A stretch of DNA of 64,000 nt. Source: Cystobasidiomycetes sp. EMM_F5 (Eukaryota). This document shows, one piece after another, positions 39,042 through 54,745 of the stretch. The notes under the pieces are model-generated. The model worked only from the letters and a program-made list of their open reading frames with translations. It ran no database searches and was not told the origin of the DNA. The stretch is from positions 496,001-560,000 of the forward strand of contig JBPGPT010000008.1 of the NCBI GenBank assembly GCA_051047955.1, written 5' to 3'. Within the stretch, counting starts at the first letter, position 1. Every line of letters begins with the position of its first letter. The position numbers were made by a program, and so were the translations under genes.

Positions 39042-40823
39042 ATGGCTCCGTCCCCGTCTGACCCACAACCCGATACAGCGCACAGCAGCGCAATGTCATC
39101 CAGGACACCTTCCAGATCCGCAAACCTCAAGTCCCAAATCCCAGGGATACTCGCAGTCTCGCCGGCCATGCTCGCTCAGTCAAATGTCGACTACGGCTCT
39201 GGTGCGACAACGAATAGCGCAGCAAAGTCATCGTCGCGTAGGAATAGAGGAGTCCGCGAGGACAGTAGCGAACCGCGCAAGTCTGCGGTAGCGACCGTCA
39301 GCGTCAACGTCAACGGCAGCCGAGTATCGACTCCACCGCTCAAGCCGCACACTGGCAGTCGACAAAGTGAACGGCTTGATGTGCCAGAATCTAGTGATGC
39401 AGTCTACCTGTCAGATGAGCCCGTATCCGAAGGGCCTGTAAAGATATTTCGAGCGACAAGGCGGAGTCCACGAAAGCATCAAACGAAAGAGACTGAACAA
39501 GCGGAATCAAACCAGCAAGTAGACGCGGATATGTCTGACGCAACGCCTGTGAACATTGCCGGTCTTCAAGGCTCTTCTGCATCTCCGAGCAAGAACCGTA
39601 GAAGCCGTCGAAACGATAAGGCTAACGCTACAAAATCGACCAAAGTACCCTCGGACGATATTCCGCAAGCGTCTGACATGCCCGTCGACATGCAAGAGCA
39701 GCTTCTCGAAGCGGCCTCCTCTGCTCCGACCCCTACACAGCTGTCCAAGTCAGCGCCCGCTTCATCATTTCTTGCCTCTCGCACCCAGAAAGCTCGAAAG
39801 CACGCAAAGCATGCAACCGATATCGACCGTATAGACCACGGTCTACAGCCAGACAATCTCGCTATACCTGCGCCCATTCGCAGTTCCAACAGTGCAGACG
39901 AATGGGATATGCCAGTGACGGCTTCGAAAGTCAACGATGCCCTGACCTGGCAGCAGCAACTAGGCCTTTCACGCAAACCATCTAAATCAGCCAAGAAGTT
40001 ACCCGCATCTAAAGCAGTCAATGGACATGACACCACAGTTTCGAATGCAGCAAATCAGCGCACCTCTCCTACTTCGGATGTACCCGCTTCAGCACCCTTG
40101 ACCTCAAATTTTGGCGGATTGAGTGCGACTCGTCCGACATCCGGCCTCACATGGCAGCAGGAACTACTGCGGTCTTCTGCCCCTGCCACGCCAGTACCTT
40201 CAACGGTCTTTGCAGCGTTGGAGGAAGGACATACTGGCGCACACCCATCCCGCGAACCATATCCGTCCCATCATGCCCGAACATCATCTTCACCTTCCAA
40301 GAATAACAGAATGGGCAAGCGCGAGCAACCACGTCGCGATGAAAATACCATCGACGAAGCAGTCAACAACCCTCAGCTCAATCGATCTCTAGCTGCCCTA
40401 AGCTTGGCTTCTTCGGGCAACTCCGCTGGTAGTCAGCCTCGGTCAAGAAAGGGCGCATCGACCAATAATGTCAATCAGACGAATGCCTTCGGTCATCACA
40501 GCGAGCCCCCTTCCGCTGTCCCCGCGACGGCCGCCCGTGTCGAGCCTTCCGCTGCGGGAACACCTTCTGCAGCACTCATTGTCGGTCCGCACACGCCGGA
40601 TACTACACAGCCTATTGCCATGTCTGCTAGCCCCTCGAAACCAGCTAGCGCCTTGCGTAACCAACCTACATCGTCATCTCCCGTCTTCTACGCCGGTCCT
40701 CGATTTCACAATTCCCCGTCGGCTGGACAGCTACCTACTCCAAAGCTTGCTGGCCTTCTTAGCCGCCATAAGTCGTCACCTATCGCTTCTCCTGCAGTCG
40801 ACAGCAGCACCCTTGCGGCTTGA
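39042..40823 (+). CDS. Disordered protein with C-terminal PNRC motif (Edc1/PNRC2-like decapping coactivator)
   Basis: Single 593-aa ORF, S/P/A-rich, ending with YAGPRFHNSPSAGQLPTPK (YAG...F...SP...LP.P motif). Confidence 0.8.
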   Translation: MAPSPSDPQPDTAHSSAMSSRTPSRSANLKSQIPGILAVSPAMLAQSNVDYGSGATTNSAAKSSSRRNRGVREDSSEPRKSAVATVSVNVNGSRVSTPPLKPHTGSRQSERLDVPESSDAVYLSDEPVSEGPVKIFRATRRSPRKHQTKETEQAESNQQVDADMSDATPVNIAGLQGSSASPSKNRRSRRNDKANATKSTKVPSDDIPQASDMPVDMQEQLLEAASSAPTPTQLSKSAPASSFLASRTQKARKHAKHATDIDRIDHGLQPDNLAIPAPIRSSNSADEWDMPVTASKVNDALTWQQQLGLSRKPSKSAKKLPASKAVNGHDTTVSNAANQRTSPTSDVPASAPLTSNFGGLSATRPTSGLTWQQELLRSSAPATPVPSTVFAALEEGHTGAHPSREPYPSHHARTSSSPSKNNRMGKREQPRRDENTIDEAVNNPQLNRSLAALSLASSGNSAGSQPRSRKGASTNNVNQTNAFGHHSEPPSAVPATAARVEPSAAGTPSAALIVGPHTPDTTQPIAMSASPSKPASALRNQPTSSSPVFYAGPRFHNSPSAGQLPTPKLAGLLSRHKSSPIASPAVDSSTLAA

Positions 40824-41867
40824 CTGTTGCTGTTCATCGGAAAACACTCGTTCTCGGAAGCTCAAAGCCTGACCTCTGTCCCGTCACGACTTTCCTGTTA
40901 TTCGCCTTGCTGGTATCACCACCTGGATTTTCCGAAGTCTCTGGCAGTATGTGTATGTCTCCAGTAGTTTACCAAGACGGATCAGTATTTTATCGAGACT
41001 CTTGGCAGTATATCGGTCGACATGGCCATGGATCAATCACGCCAAATTGGACTTCTCGCGGACGTACATTGTGTTCGCTGCGCTGGAATCAGTACCGAAA
41101 TGTATCGGCTCACGGAACTCAATTGTAAAAACACGGCTTATCTCCTTGTATCGGCTTTGCCCAGTGTAAATGTTAGCCATGTAAGCCGCCTTTGCTCTAA
41201 GCGAGTGTCAAATCTGTCAATGCTAATCATCATTCACCGACAGAATGGCTTGTATATCAGCTAAGTTGCTGCAAATCAGCACACTTCCCAACAATCAATC
41301 AGACTCGAGCCGTCGCCCATACTAGCATATCTGCGTATCCCTGATGCCGGCGGCTCGCCGTCTGGCAAGATCCACCATCGCACAAGTGCGAATGGCAAGA
41401 AATGGCCATCTCACTTCTGGCGTTCAGATCTCTTTCCCTTTGTCTACGGCTTTCCGTGCGATATCTCTCGTCGCATCCTACCCTCACTCTCACCACCCGA
41501 TCCGGGTTCTTCGCCTATAAGCCATCGTCAATGGCAAATCACTCTTCAACAGGGTGCCATCTCCTCCGTCTCCCGTCCAACGTGGTATCGTGAACGAGTT
41601 TGCAATGTTAGCGTAGCTGCTCTAGTTTCTGAGAAGAGTTCATCGCTCGTTGTATGCATGGTAGCCAGCCCGGTCAAAACCCATTGGACCCTACTCTGTA
41701 GTGCCATTGTTATAGGCAGATGCCACAGTATTGTTTCAGCTTCGTTGCTTCTCTGCAATTGCCAGTGGCGACACATCCCCACTTCGACGTTGCATTTCCA
41801 CCACGAAGCTAAAGAAGTCTTGCATTTTCTCCAACTTGCAAGCTGACTTTGAGCGGATTCAAACCTA

Positions 41868-42618
41868 ATGAGCGACATAGCCGCTTCCCATAAACGCACA
41901 CTGCCTGTTCCAGATGCCGGCGACGACACGACCGAGTTCGACAGTATGGTCTCTGGCGGCATGTACGCTGCTTCAGACCCGTACGTCCAGAAGATTGCTG
42001 GCATAGAGTCTGCCAAAGTACGCGCAATCAACGATGAGCGCGACCCCATCCGCCGGAAAGAGCTGTTGCGCGACTTTATGGGAACGCCAAAAGAAACAGA
42101 CTTCTACTGGATAATGCCCTTTTTTGCAGAATACGTACGCTAATTGCTCCATCTCGACGTCGAATTATCGCTGCTGACGTGCGCGTCCGGACGAATCAGG
42201 GCTTCAACCTCAGCATTGGTACCGGCAGCGGTGTGGGGCCAGGCGCGACAATACTAAATGTTTCCCCAGGTGAATAGCGAATCACGCATTTACCATCATA
42301 ACCTTCTCCATACTAATAAGTCCGTCCTCTCTTCCATCAGTCAGCATAGGCGACCGGACCATTATCGGTCCCAATGTGCAGATATACGCTGCCACACACC
42401 CCATATCGCCAGAAGAGAGAAACGGCAAATACGGTCGCGAATACTCGAAACCAATCCGGATAGGTAACGACTGCTGGATCGGAGGGGCAGCCATACTGTG
42501 CCCTGGCGTAACGATTGGGAACGGCGTCACGATTGCCGCAGGAGCAGTCGTGACGAAAGATGTGCCAGATAGGGCAGTGGTTGCAGGCAATCCTGCGCGA
42601 GTACTCAAGACTGTCTAG
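41868..42618 (+). CDS. Maltose/galactoside O-acetyltransferase (left-handed beta-helix)
   Basis: [44 protein letters not shown]...[10 protein letters not shown]; two introns. Confidence 0.92.
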
Positions 42619-42778
42619 AAGAAAATGTGAAATCTACCTTCGCGCCTGGCATTGACCGACTACACGGCAGTCATCCGAAACGAGGACATGCTTGTTACAA
42701 CGACATGACTGATTGAGTCCACTGATACGGCAGCATAACACGAGCACGCTTTGCCTTGATCATTTCAGTCTTCATAAC

Positions 42779-44627
42779 TTACTCATACTGAGCATTCCCA
42801 TTACCGCCACTGTTTTGCATAGTCTTGGCACGTTTGGCTTGTGCAGCAGCCTTGTTCCGTGCAATCTGCGCTGCCGCCTGTTGTTCTTGCAGTCGACGGG
42901 CTTGTTCGACAGGACTGATGCCCTTGACAGGAACCATAGAGACACCAAGTCCCGCATCATCTTGCTCAGGATGGCCATAATCTCCGTCCCTGCGAAATAA
43001 GATCAGACCGGTCTCAAAACAAATTCTGCGATTTGTACTTGCCCTTCCGTCTCCTCTTCCAACATTCGCTTTATTCCCCTTGCGTTCGTGAAAGAAACGT
43101 TGGTCGGAACACCATCTGCAGGTGGTTGACCAAAACCATCACCTCCGAATGCGGCAATACTCTGCTGCGATGAGGGGCGTGTCACCGGCATGGCTTTGAT
43201 GGGTGAGACACTGCGCTTGACACTGTTTTGGCGCTGAGGTGGTCCCCCTGCTGCCCTCTGCGAATTATCTGTCAGAATGCGAAGCGATGCATAGAATTTG
43301 CGATGCTCTCACTTGCTGAAGGGGCTGACGTAGGGCGTGCGAAGGCCCTGCACCTCCCGTCTGCGGACCACGTCCATGTGGTGCTAGCCTGTTAATAGGA
43401 GCGGGACCGGGTGCTCCTCGACTGACATTCGGATTCGGTGCATTGGGGTAGGGAGCTCTAGGCTTTGCGGGCATGCTTACGGATGTATCCATGTCCACGA
43501 AACCGCTATCTTCTTGTTCTGGTACAATGCCACTTTCGTCGATTTCCGCATCTGGTCCTTCGATGTCTTCTTCGAGTATTTCACTCCCACCTTCTCCTTC
43601 CCAGTAATCGGAAGCAGAATCGGCTGCCGAGGCCTGCTGAGTCAAGCCTTGAATGGGAGCTTTTGGTTTCTGTGGAGCATTCTGCTGCACTGGGGGGTTG
43701 TTGGCTGCTTTTGCGGCTGTTACCGCTGTGGGCTTTGTCGCGGGCAAAGGCCGCGCTGGCGCTTGCATCCTTTGTGGTGGTTTGACAGGTGGAGCTGGCC
43801 GTGACGGCTGCACGGGCTTTGATGGACCAGCTACGGGTGGCGGCTGGGCAGGACGCTGCGGAACAGAATTTGCCGTTGGCATCTGGCCAGGACGGTGCAG
43901 TGATCCAAAGTCCAGCTTTGGCCTAGGAGGTGGTTTGATCTTTGCGATATCCTCAACGAACTGCTTGTCATACAGACAGTTCCCGAGCAGACTGCCGAAT
44001 GTCCGCATAGCACGCTTGAGTCCATCCGTGACGGCCTCTTTCTTAATCTACCACAAAGTCAATGAGGGTGTAATTTGATCAAACACCGATACCATGACTT
44101 ACCTTGTCCATCAGATCTGCCTTGGATTTTGAATTTTCCATCTTGCCGCATCCGACATCTTCGTGAAATGTGCCGTCGGTTAGTATGATGCGGACGGTAG
44201 CAGAGGCGGCTCCGCAGAATCTGCCGCTCTCCTCATTGTAATCCATCTGAGGGATTGCGCACAACAGTGAGCTTCCAGTGGATTTCGGCAGAAGTCAACA
44301 CGTACAAAGTCCACTTCGAGCTTCCGGACTTCAGAACTCCATCCGTTGAAGCCAAAGACTTCGTTGGCGAGGTTGATGATTCTCCAGCCTTCGATGTAAG
44401 TCAACTTGTTTCCGCCTCCGCCTTGCCTATGGCTTAGGTACTCTGGACCGAGCCTCTTGGACAGCAGCGCTCCTATGCGTTCGATTTGTGCAGCGGCTTC
44501 TACACTTGAGCCGTCAGAAACAACGGCGTCTTGCATTTGAATGACTAAACTCACCTTCTCCTGGCGGTCTGCTCCAGTCGATGAGGACCTGCTCTGCCGA
44601 CTTGCCCACTGCATCATCCAGCTGCAT
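42779..44627 (-). CDS. RAD52: Rad52/Rad22 recombination mediator
   Basis: [80 protein letters not shown]. Confidence 0.95.
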
Positions 44628-44825
44628 GGCTGCAACTTGGTCAATTTACACGGTAAACAGACGGGAGTAGGATGGATGGATAGCCCTGCTCAGCGCGGAC
44701 ACGGTGATGTGAATGGATGTCAGCTTATCAGCAGTCGGCGCATCCCTGCCAGTTGGCCGTAAAGCAAGCCTCGTCGTCGTTTGTTTCTGTCCAAGTCCGA
44801 GCGTGATCGGGTGGCGAATAGCAGT

Positions 44826-44856
44826 CGCGTCAAACAATTCAAACAGCAAAGACGCG
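44826..44856. promoter_or_regulatory. Inverted pair of MCB-like (GACGCG) elements in the RAD52/RAD54 intergenic region
   Basis: CGCGTC at 44826-44831 and GACGCG at 44851-44856. Confidence 0.45.
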
Positions 44857-44935
44857 GGTCTCCTCTGCTCCAAGCGGTGAAGGGATGGCTGACGACTAAT
44901 ATTGAGTGATATTTTGACAATCATAAAGGGTAGAG

Positions 44936-47923
44936 ATGCTCAGGACAGCTCTCCTGGCAGCCTTGCGGGCTCAGCAGCCGCCTGGAGGTGCTGATGAAAA
45001 CGACCCTGGCAGCGTCGATAACGATGGAGGACAGGCCTCGAATTCTGATCAATGTCAACGCAGTCAGGTGTCGACCCCCGTCAAGCCCATGACGGCCCTC
45101 TCATCGACGCCGCGGAGCGCATCAGGTGCCGGTTTTGGAATTGTCCACTTCAAGGCATTCAAAACACCTTCTTCCAGCGTCAAAAGGGATGTTGCCAAGC
45201 GCACGGTCGTCACAAAGCGGAAACGTATCTCTTACAAGGAAGCGGGAGGAGCCGCCGAAGACGACGATTCCGACGATGGCAAGGGCAAAAAGGCCACAAA
45301 GAAGCGAAAGACTTCCGATGATTCCGGATACGTTGACGGACAAGATGGAGACGAGACCAAATCTCTCAAAGAGATGTTCCCCGTATATCAGGTCAAGCCG
45401 TTGGCTGATGTCATCAAGACCTCCTTTGCCATTCCCGAGATGCGCGACAAGAAGACTGGAGATATCGTCGAAACACGCTTGACATTGGGAGCTCTCGGTG
45501 TCTGCCGCCGCCCAAACATTATTCCACGCCCTCTACATGACCCGCTTGCAGATCATGCTATTGTCCTGTGGGATCCTACCATCGACGGCGTTGAAACGGA
45601 AGAGGAACGTTTGGCAAAAGAAGAGGCCAAGAAAGCGGAAGACGAGAGGAAGAGATTGGAAGACAAGAATGGGGTTCACAAAAGTCTGGCGGCTCTACTA
45701 GGAATCAACAAGTCCAAAGACAAGGAGGCGCAGAATGTAAAGGTTCCTGTCGTAATCGATCCGAGACTTTCAAAGGTGCTTCGCCCTCATCAGGTCGAGG
45801 GCGTCAAGTTCCTTTTCAGAGCGAGCACCGGCATGATCGCAGACGGCGCCTTTGGGTGCATAATGGCAGACGAAATGGGTCTCGGCAAAACGGTAAGCAT
45901 GTGCTTTTATCGCGCAGCTGCACCACTCTGACCACGTTTCGTTTACAGCTCCAATGTATCAGCTTGCTGTGGACACTCCTAAAGCAATCTCCAAAGGCCA
46001 ACAAGTCAAGCATCGAAAAGGCTATAGTGGCTTGTCCTGCATCCCTCGTGCGAAATTGGGCCAACGAATTGGTAAAGTGGTTAGGACCTTCTGCAATCCA
46101 CCCGCTTGCTATCGATGGATCTAAATCAAAGGCGGAAATGACCGCCGAGATTCGACAATGGGTATCACAGCACGGGCGTGCGATCGTGCGCCCAGTCATC
46201 ATTGTTTCGTACGAGACATTACGTAATTTAACAGCAGAGCTAGGTAACGCTCCAATTGGGCTGCTTCTCTGCGACGAAGCACATCGCCTCAAGAACTCGC
46301 AAAATCAGACCTATACCACTCTGAACACCATAAATGTACAAAGACGAGTACTGCTGACTGGCACACCGATTCAGAACGACCTCACGGAATACTTTGCTCT
46401 GCTGGATTTTGCCGTCCCAGGATACCTGGGCACTCGAGCAGAGTTCAAGAAGAATTTCGAGAACGTCATTATGCACGGACGCAACGCCGACGCCTCGGAG
46501 TTACAGGTTGCCAAATGTAACGAAAAGCTGAAAGAGCTGTCTGCTCTTGTCAGTAGATTCGTCATCCGCAGAACGAATGATCTTCTGACCAAATATCGTA
46601 AGTCCGCTTTCGCTCATCGGCACCTTAGCTGCCTAGACTTAGCGACATCGGCGCAGTACCCGTCAAATATGAACACGTCGTGTTTTGCGCTCTATCGCCC
46701 TTCCAATTGAGCCTGTATCGACTCTTCGTGGCTTCTCCAGAAATTAAGAACTTGATCAAAGGCAAAGGATCCAATCCTCTGGTTGCGATAGGTATGCTCC
46801 AAAAGCTATGTAACCATCCCGACTTGGTCCGGCTGGCGGAGAACCTACCTGGCAGCGAGAAATTGTTCCCCGAGGGCTACACCCAAAGCGGTCGAAACAG
46901 GGAAGTTTGGCCAGCCTTGAGTGGGAAGATGCTAGTATTGGAGCGGTGAGTTTCCCGACTCGCGGGTTGGACCGGAAAGCTGACTTCAGTTCAGCTTCCT
47001 TGACAAAATGCGAAAAGAGACGGATGACAAGATCGTCCTCATCAGTAATTATACCGAAACTCTAGATGTAATCGAACGCATGTTGAATGCCAAAAAGTAG
47101 GCTAAGCCTCTTCCATCTGTGAAAGCGCGAGAGACTGACTTGAAACCTCGTCCAGGTACGGATTCTTCCGATTAGAAGGCAGTACAGTCATCAAAAAGAG
47201 GCAGAAATTGGTCGATGCGTTCAACCATCCGGAAGGCAAAGAATTCGTCTTTCTGCTCTCGTCTAAAGCTGGAGGATGCGGTATCAATCTCATTGGCGCC
47301 AATCGCCTTGTGCTGTTCGATCCAGGTGTGTTGTCATTCACAATGCCCTTGGACACGCGGTTGATATTTGCTGCCGCAGACTGGAATCCAGCTGCAGATC
47401 AGCAAGCGCTCGCTCGAGTCTGGCGAGACGGACAGAAGAAAAATTGTTTCGTTTATCGCTTCATTGCGACTGGAACGTTGGAGGAAAAGATTTTCCAGCG
47501 CCAAGCACACAAGCAGGCTTTGTCCGCTTGTGTGGTCGACGATAATGAAGATGCTGAGCGACACTTCAGTCGAGACAACCTTCGCCAACTGTTCGACTAC
47601 AAGGAGGATACAATCAGCGAGACTCACGACACCTTCAAATGCAAAAGGTGCAAGAATGGAAAGCAATTCATCAAAGCACCAGCTATGCTGTACGGAGATA
47701 CTAGCACGTCAGTTGACGGTTTTGTGCATCATGCTACAGTGTCAGGCTGACTCTACTATTCAGCTGGAACCACTTCACAAATGAGTGTTTACGAAACATA
47801 CACGATGACCTGCTCCGCGCCGAGACCGATCTGGGCGCAGTGACATCGGTCTTTCAAGTGAGTTTCATGCATCAGCCGGTGACTGCGTACGCTGAGGTCG
47901 CTCTGAAGTACATCTCGTCTTAA
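44936..47923 (+). CDS. RAD54: Rad54 SNF2-family DNA translocase
   Basis: Rad54 N-domain [90 protein letters not shown]. Confidence 0.96.
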
Positions 47924-48052
47924 AAGGAGAATGTCAGTGATCGATTCTCATAGCGATGTCAGCGATACCACATGTAGCCCAAAATTCAGACCTTAGAACC
48001 TGCTAACGTGCCATGTTATATGCCTGCCATACTTTACGAAATGCCAATGTAA

Positions 48053-49772
48053 CTATAACAACAGCTGTCCCAATGGTTCCCGTGCGAAATGATCCGGACT
48101 GTTGGCATCGTACACTTGCTTCCCCCTTAAATAGGTATTTTCTACTCTCCCGACAAGCTGCATCCCGGTATACGGGGATATTTTGTTTTTGAAAACGAGA
48201 TCCTGCTCCCGTATCTGCGTGCAAGTCGAGTCATTGGTCACCTTCCGACGCGCTATGATGGTGCTGAACGACTAATACTCACTGTGAAAGCTTTTCGCGT
48301 GTCGAAAATGACAAAATCTGCATCTGCTCCTACCTGCAAAGCTCCCTTGATGCCTTCCATGCTGATTTGCTTAGCAGGCCTACTTGCGACCCAATCGACG
48401 ACTTTGGGTAGAGGTATGCCCCTCTGCTGCGCCTCCGTCCACATCAAACTAAGACCGAGACCGAGACCGCCGATGCCTCCCCAGGCTGTTAGGAAATCGC
48501 CAGTATCTAGCTTCTTTAGCTCTGCCACACAAGGCGAATGATCCGAAACTACATAGTCTATATCGTCTTCTTGTAAGGCCTGCCATAGTCGGTGTCGATT
48601 CTTGCGGTCTCGTATTGGAGGACAGCATTTGTAGTCGGTCCGCCCATTGGGCACGCCTTCCGCCTCAAGTGCAAGGTAGTGGTGGCATGTCTCCACTGTC
48701 AAGGGTAAGTTTTTGTTCTTGCGCGCATCGCGTAAGATGGGCAACGCTGAAGAAGTCGAGAGATGAACTATATGCGTCCGGAGATTTGGGTGTTCGGTAT
48801 TTAGGCGGATAATCATGGAAATGGCGTCTTCTTCCATTGACGGTGGTGATGTCTCCAAGAAGGTTGTATAGTGTGTCTGATCGTGCGAGCTATTCTCACT
48901 GCGCACGCCAACTTCGGCATGGAACAAGAATATACTCCTAGTATGCTGTTATCCGCATGTAAGGTTTGGTGAATAAGAATGGTCGTTGCGAGTGAGGTCC
49001 GCACCTGTAAGACTTCCATAGCTTTCCGCACATCCTCTTCCTCACAGTTTGGAAACTCGTCTACGCCGCTCGGACAGAGAAAGCATTTGAAGCCTTTCAC
49101 TCCAGCTTCGATTAGCGGAAGGAGATGATCCTGGTTGCCGGGAATGACACCTCCCCAGAATCCAACATCAATATGACATTGACCCTGCGCAGCATCCGTC
49201 TTGGCTTTCAGATTCGCGACTGTTGTTGTTGGCGGAATAGAATTTAGCGGCATGTCAATAACTGTCGTAACTCCGCCAGACGCTGCAGCCTGGTGTTCAT
49301 CGCATCAGTATTGCGCCACGTCGTGCCAGTAATTGGCCAGCCGTACTTTTGTTCCAGTCTCGAACCCTTCCCTGCAGGAAATGTTATCTCAGCGGGACTA
49401 TCGCTGCAACGGAGATGATTTTCACCCACCACTGCGTTCTCCCTGGGCAGTTGAGGTGTACGTGCTGTCCGCGCATATCATTTGGTCGAGAATACATCAA
49501 AACTCCCCATCAGCACTATCAATTTTCACTATCATGCGGTCGCCCAAACGCACAGCGTCGACCAAGCCAGGGAGCAGGACTCGCCCGTCGTCTTGCAAGA
49601 GGTCGACAAAGTGCTCGTCGTCCAATTCGCCGTACTCTGACCGACTCCGCGCGGGTCTATGGACTGCCACTATCTTGCCCGTTGACCGCGATACTTCGAT
49701 AGTCGCGTCTGCGAGCTCATCCTCGCCCGGCAGTACTGCATTCTTTGCAGAGACGACCAGTATGTCGTTCAT
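48053..49772 (-). CDS. DAL1: Allantoinase (amidohydrolase superfamily)
   Basis: [72 protein letters not shown]. Confidence 0.93.
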
Positions 49773-49985
49773 TTATCGACGCAGCGACTTTGCAGCTTGG
49801 TTGCGAGTCAACTCCGACGGGCAAGACACTGAGGTTGGGGCAGTAAACAGTCAAATTGTATGAAGATGGCATTCACACGCAGTTCATTCGTACATGAAAC
49901 AACATGGGAAGCATGACTGCAGAAATTGCGGAATAACGACATTCTAGTCTTGCGCGTAACTCGTCGAGCGAAATCTTGATTGCAT

Positions 49986-52720
<2,735 letters not shown>

Positions 52721-52997
52721 GTTGGCAGCGAGTGTGTTCGTGAGTAAGTGAGTGTCTTGTAATCTCTCGCCGTTTCCTGGCTGTTGACGGCTTATCGCTC
52801 GAGAATTGACAAGATCCAACCTCGAATCGCTCAAATTTGCGGCAGATTTTGAAATCAATGGTGGCAAAACATAGGGTAACACGAAAACAGTCGAAGCACG
52901 CAAATGCACGCGTGCGTAATGTTCAAGAGGACCTAAAGAGAATGGTCTAGGAGTCTGAAGACTATCCCGAGCAGTCCAGCCAATTTGGATCACATAT

Positions 52998-54190
52998 CTA
53001 CCTCCGTGTCCGAGTCCGACCCTTCTTCTGCTTTGGCTGCGCTGAGGCAGCCTGTCCGTAAGCATATCCGTGCGGATATGCCTGCGTTTGGTAATAATAT
53101 GCACCCGGATAGGTCGCCTGCGGTTGCGAAGGATACGCTTGCTGCCCCGCATAGGCATAGTATCGATAAGGGTCATAAGCATTGGCAGCCGTACGTGGAG
53201 AAGTATTCTGCTGCCCCGCAGTTGTAATGTAATTGTATTCGGAGACTCTATCCGGGTTTCGAATGTACGGATAATATACGGGTGGTGGACCCTGTGCAGT
53301 CGGAACTTGGTTCGGTTGCGAAGTCTGCTGTGCTGGGGCCGGTTGAACAGGAGGCGGTACTGCAGCAGCTCTTGGAGGACCGGCTGAGGCACGATGCTCC
53401 GTAGTAGCTTGGGTCTGAGGCGCTATTGTATTACGCATTTCTTCTGCTTCATCCGTTGCATAAGGCTGACGCGATCGCCTTTGGCTAACATGGAGCAGAG
53501 ATCAGCATATTTAGCAAACAAAAAGTAGATTAGCCACACCTGTCTCTTCCCTTCCCGTCAAATCCGCCTTGCTGCGAGGCCGTTCTGGTACCACTGGCAA
53601 ACCTAATGTGGTTCCGATGCGCCTCGCGATGCGCCGGCCGTGATGATAAGGCGTGCTTCGGCAGGTTGCGATGGTGTTCTTCATATCTTGAGTACCGAGA
53701 GAATGCGTCTCCGAGTAATCTGTCGATCCGCCGCGTGTACCAATAAAAGGCCTTCTCCAGATGATCCAACATACCTTCCAAGCGGCCAAGAGCATAGACC
53801 CGCTGGCCTCTTGCAGTAGCACTTTCCGAGTCGCTATAGCGACCGTATGAAGATCGTCGTGAATCGAAGTGTTGCGTCCCGCGATACGCTGATTCGTGTA
53901 CATTCGGTCGCGAGCAATAAGTCGGAGTCCAATCGGCATCGACTGACACCATACGATACTCCGAAGGGTATGTAAATGTAGGTCTGTCTGGATGTCTGGA
54001 CTCTCGATGTCGCTGAGCGTGATCAAAGCTATCGCAGAGAAATCGACAATGGGATGCATCACAGCTGCTTGGTTGCAGTAAGCTTACATAAGACAGCGTT
54101 GCAGACTTGAGCATTCGTAACTCACGGAAAGACGCGTTTTCGACGATTGCCTTCGCCAAACAGATCTGGTCTATGCGTGTGTGAAGCCAT
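52998..54190 (-). CDS. Orphan C2H2 zinc-finger protein, paralog 1
   Basis: Exon 1 MASHTHRPDLFGEGNRRKRVFP; exon 2 CDASHCRFLCDSFDHAQRHRESRH; exon 3 P/Y/Q-rich. Confidence 0.7.
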
Positions 54191-54745
54191 TGTCAGCGCA
54201 AATGGGTTAGTGGTGGTGTGAGGTGGGTAGAAACCAAATGTGCCTGAAAGCCGACTGGTCAAGCCCCAGCGGATCAGTTGGTCTCCCCTCGGACACCGAA
54301 CCTTGAGACTGTCGGTTCGACTCAACGGACAGATCTTCACCGCCCTGACTGGAGGACAACATGGCCGTGCGATATGCGATTGCAGCGATGTATGTGCATA
54401 GTCACCGAAGCGCTCGAACTCGAATCTTGTTGGTTCTGTGAAATACACTTATAAAGATTATAACCTGGGCGTCAGTAGTCTTGCAATTGTCAGTATATCA
54501 GGCCTTAGTCGATATATGCTCAGGTTCAGCAATTTCAGGGCAGTTTTTACGAAGCCCCTCTGCTAACATTCCCAGATGTATTCTATCAATGATACTATCG
54601 GACGGAAGACCCCTCGTATGGGCAGGGAGCTGAGCCCTCGTCAGACGCAACAAAACATGAGCGCCTGCTGCATAAGACGCTTGCTATGCGAGTTGCTTGG
54701 GTATACTGCTCCACGAAGAGTGCGCTTGTCAAATGTCGTGCGGTA

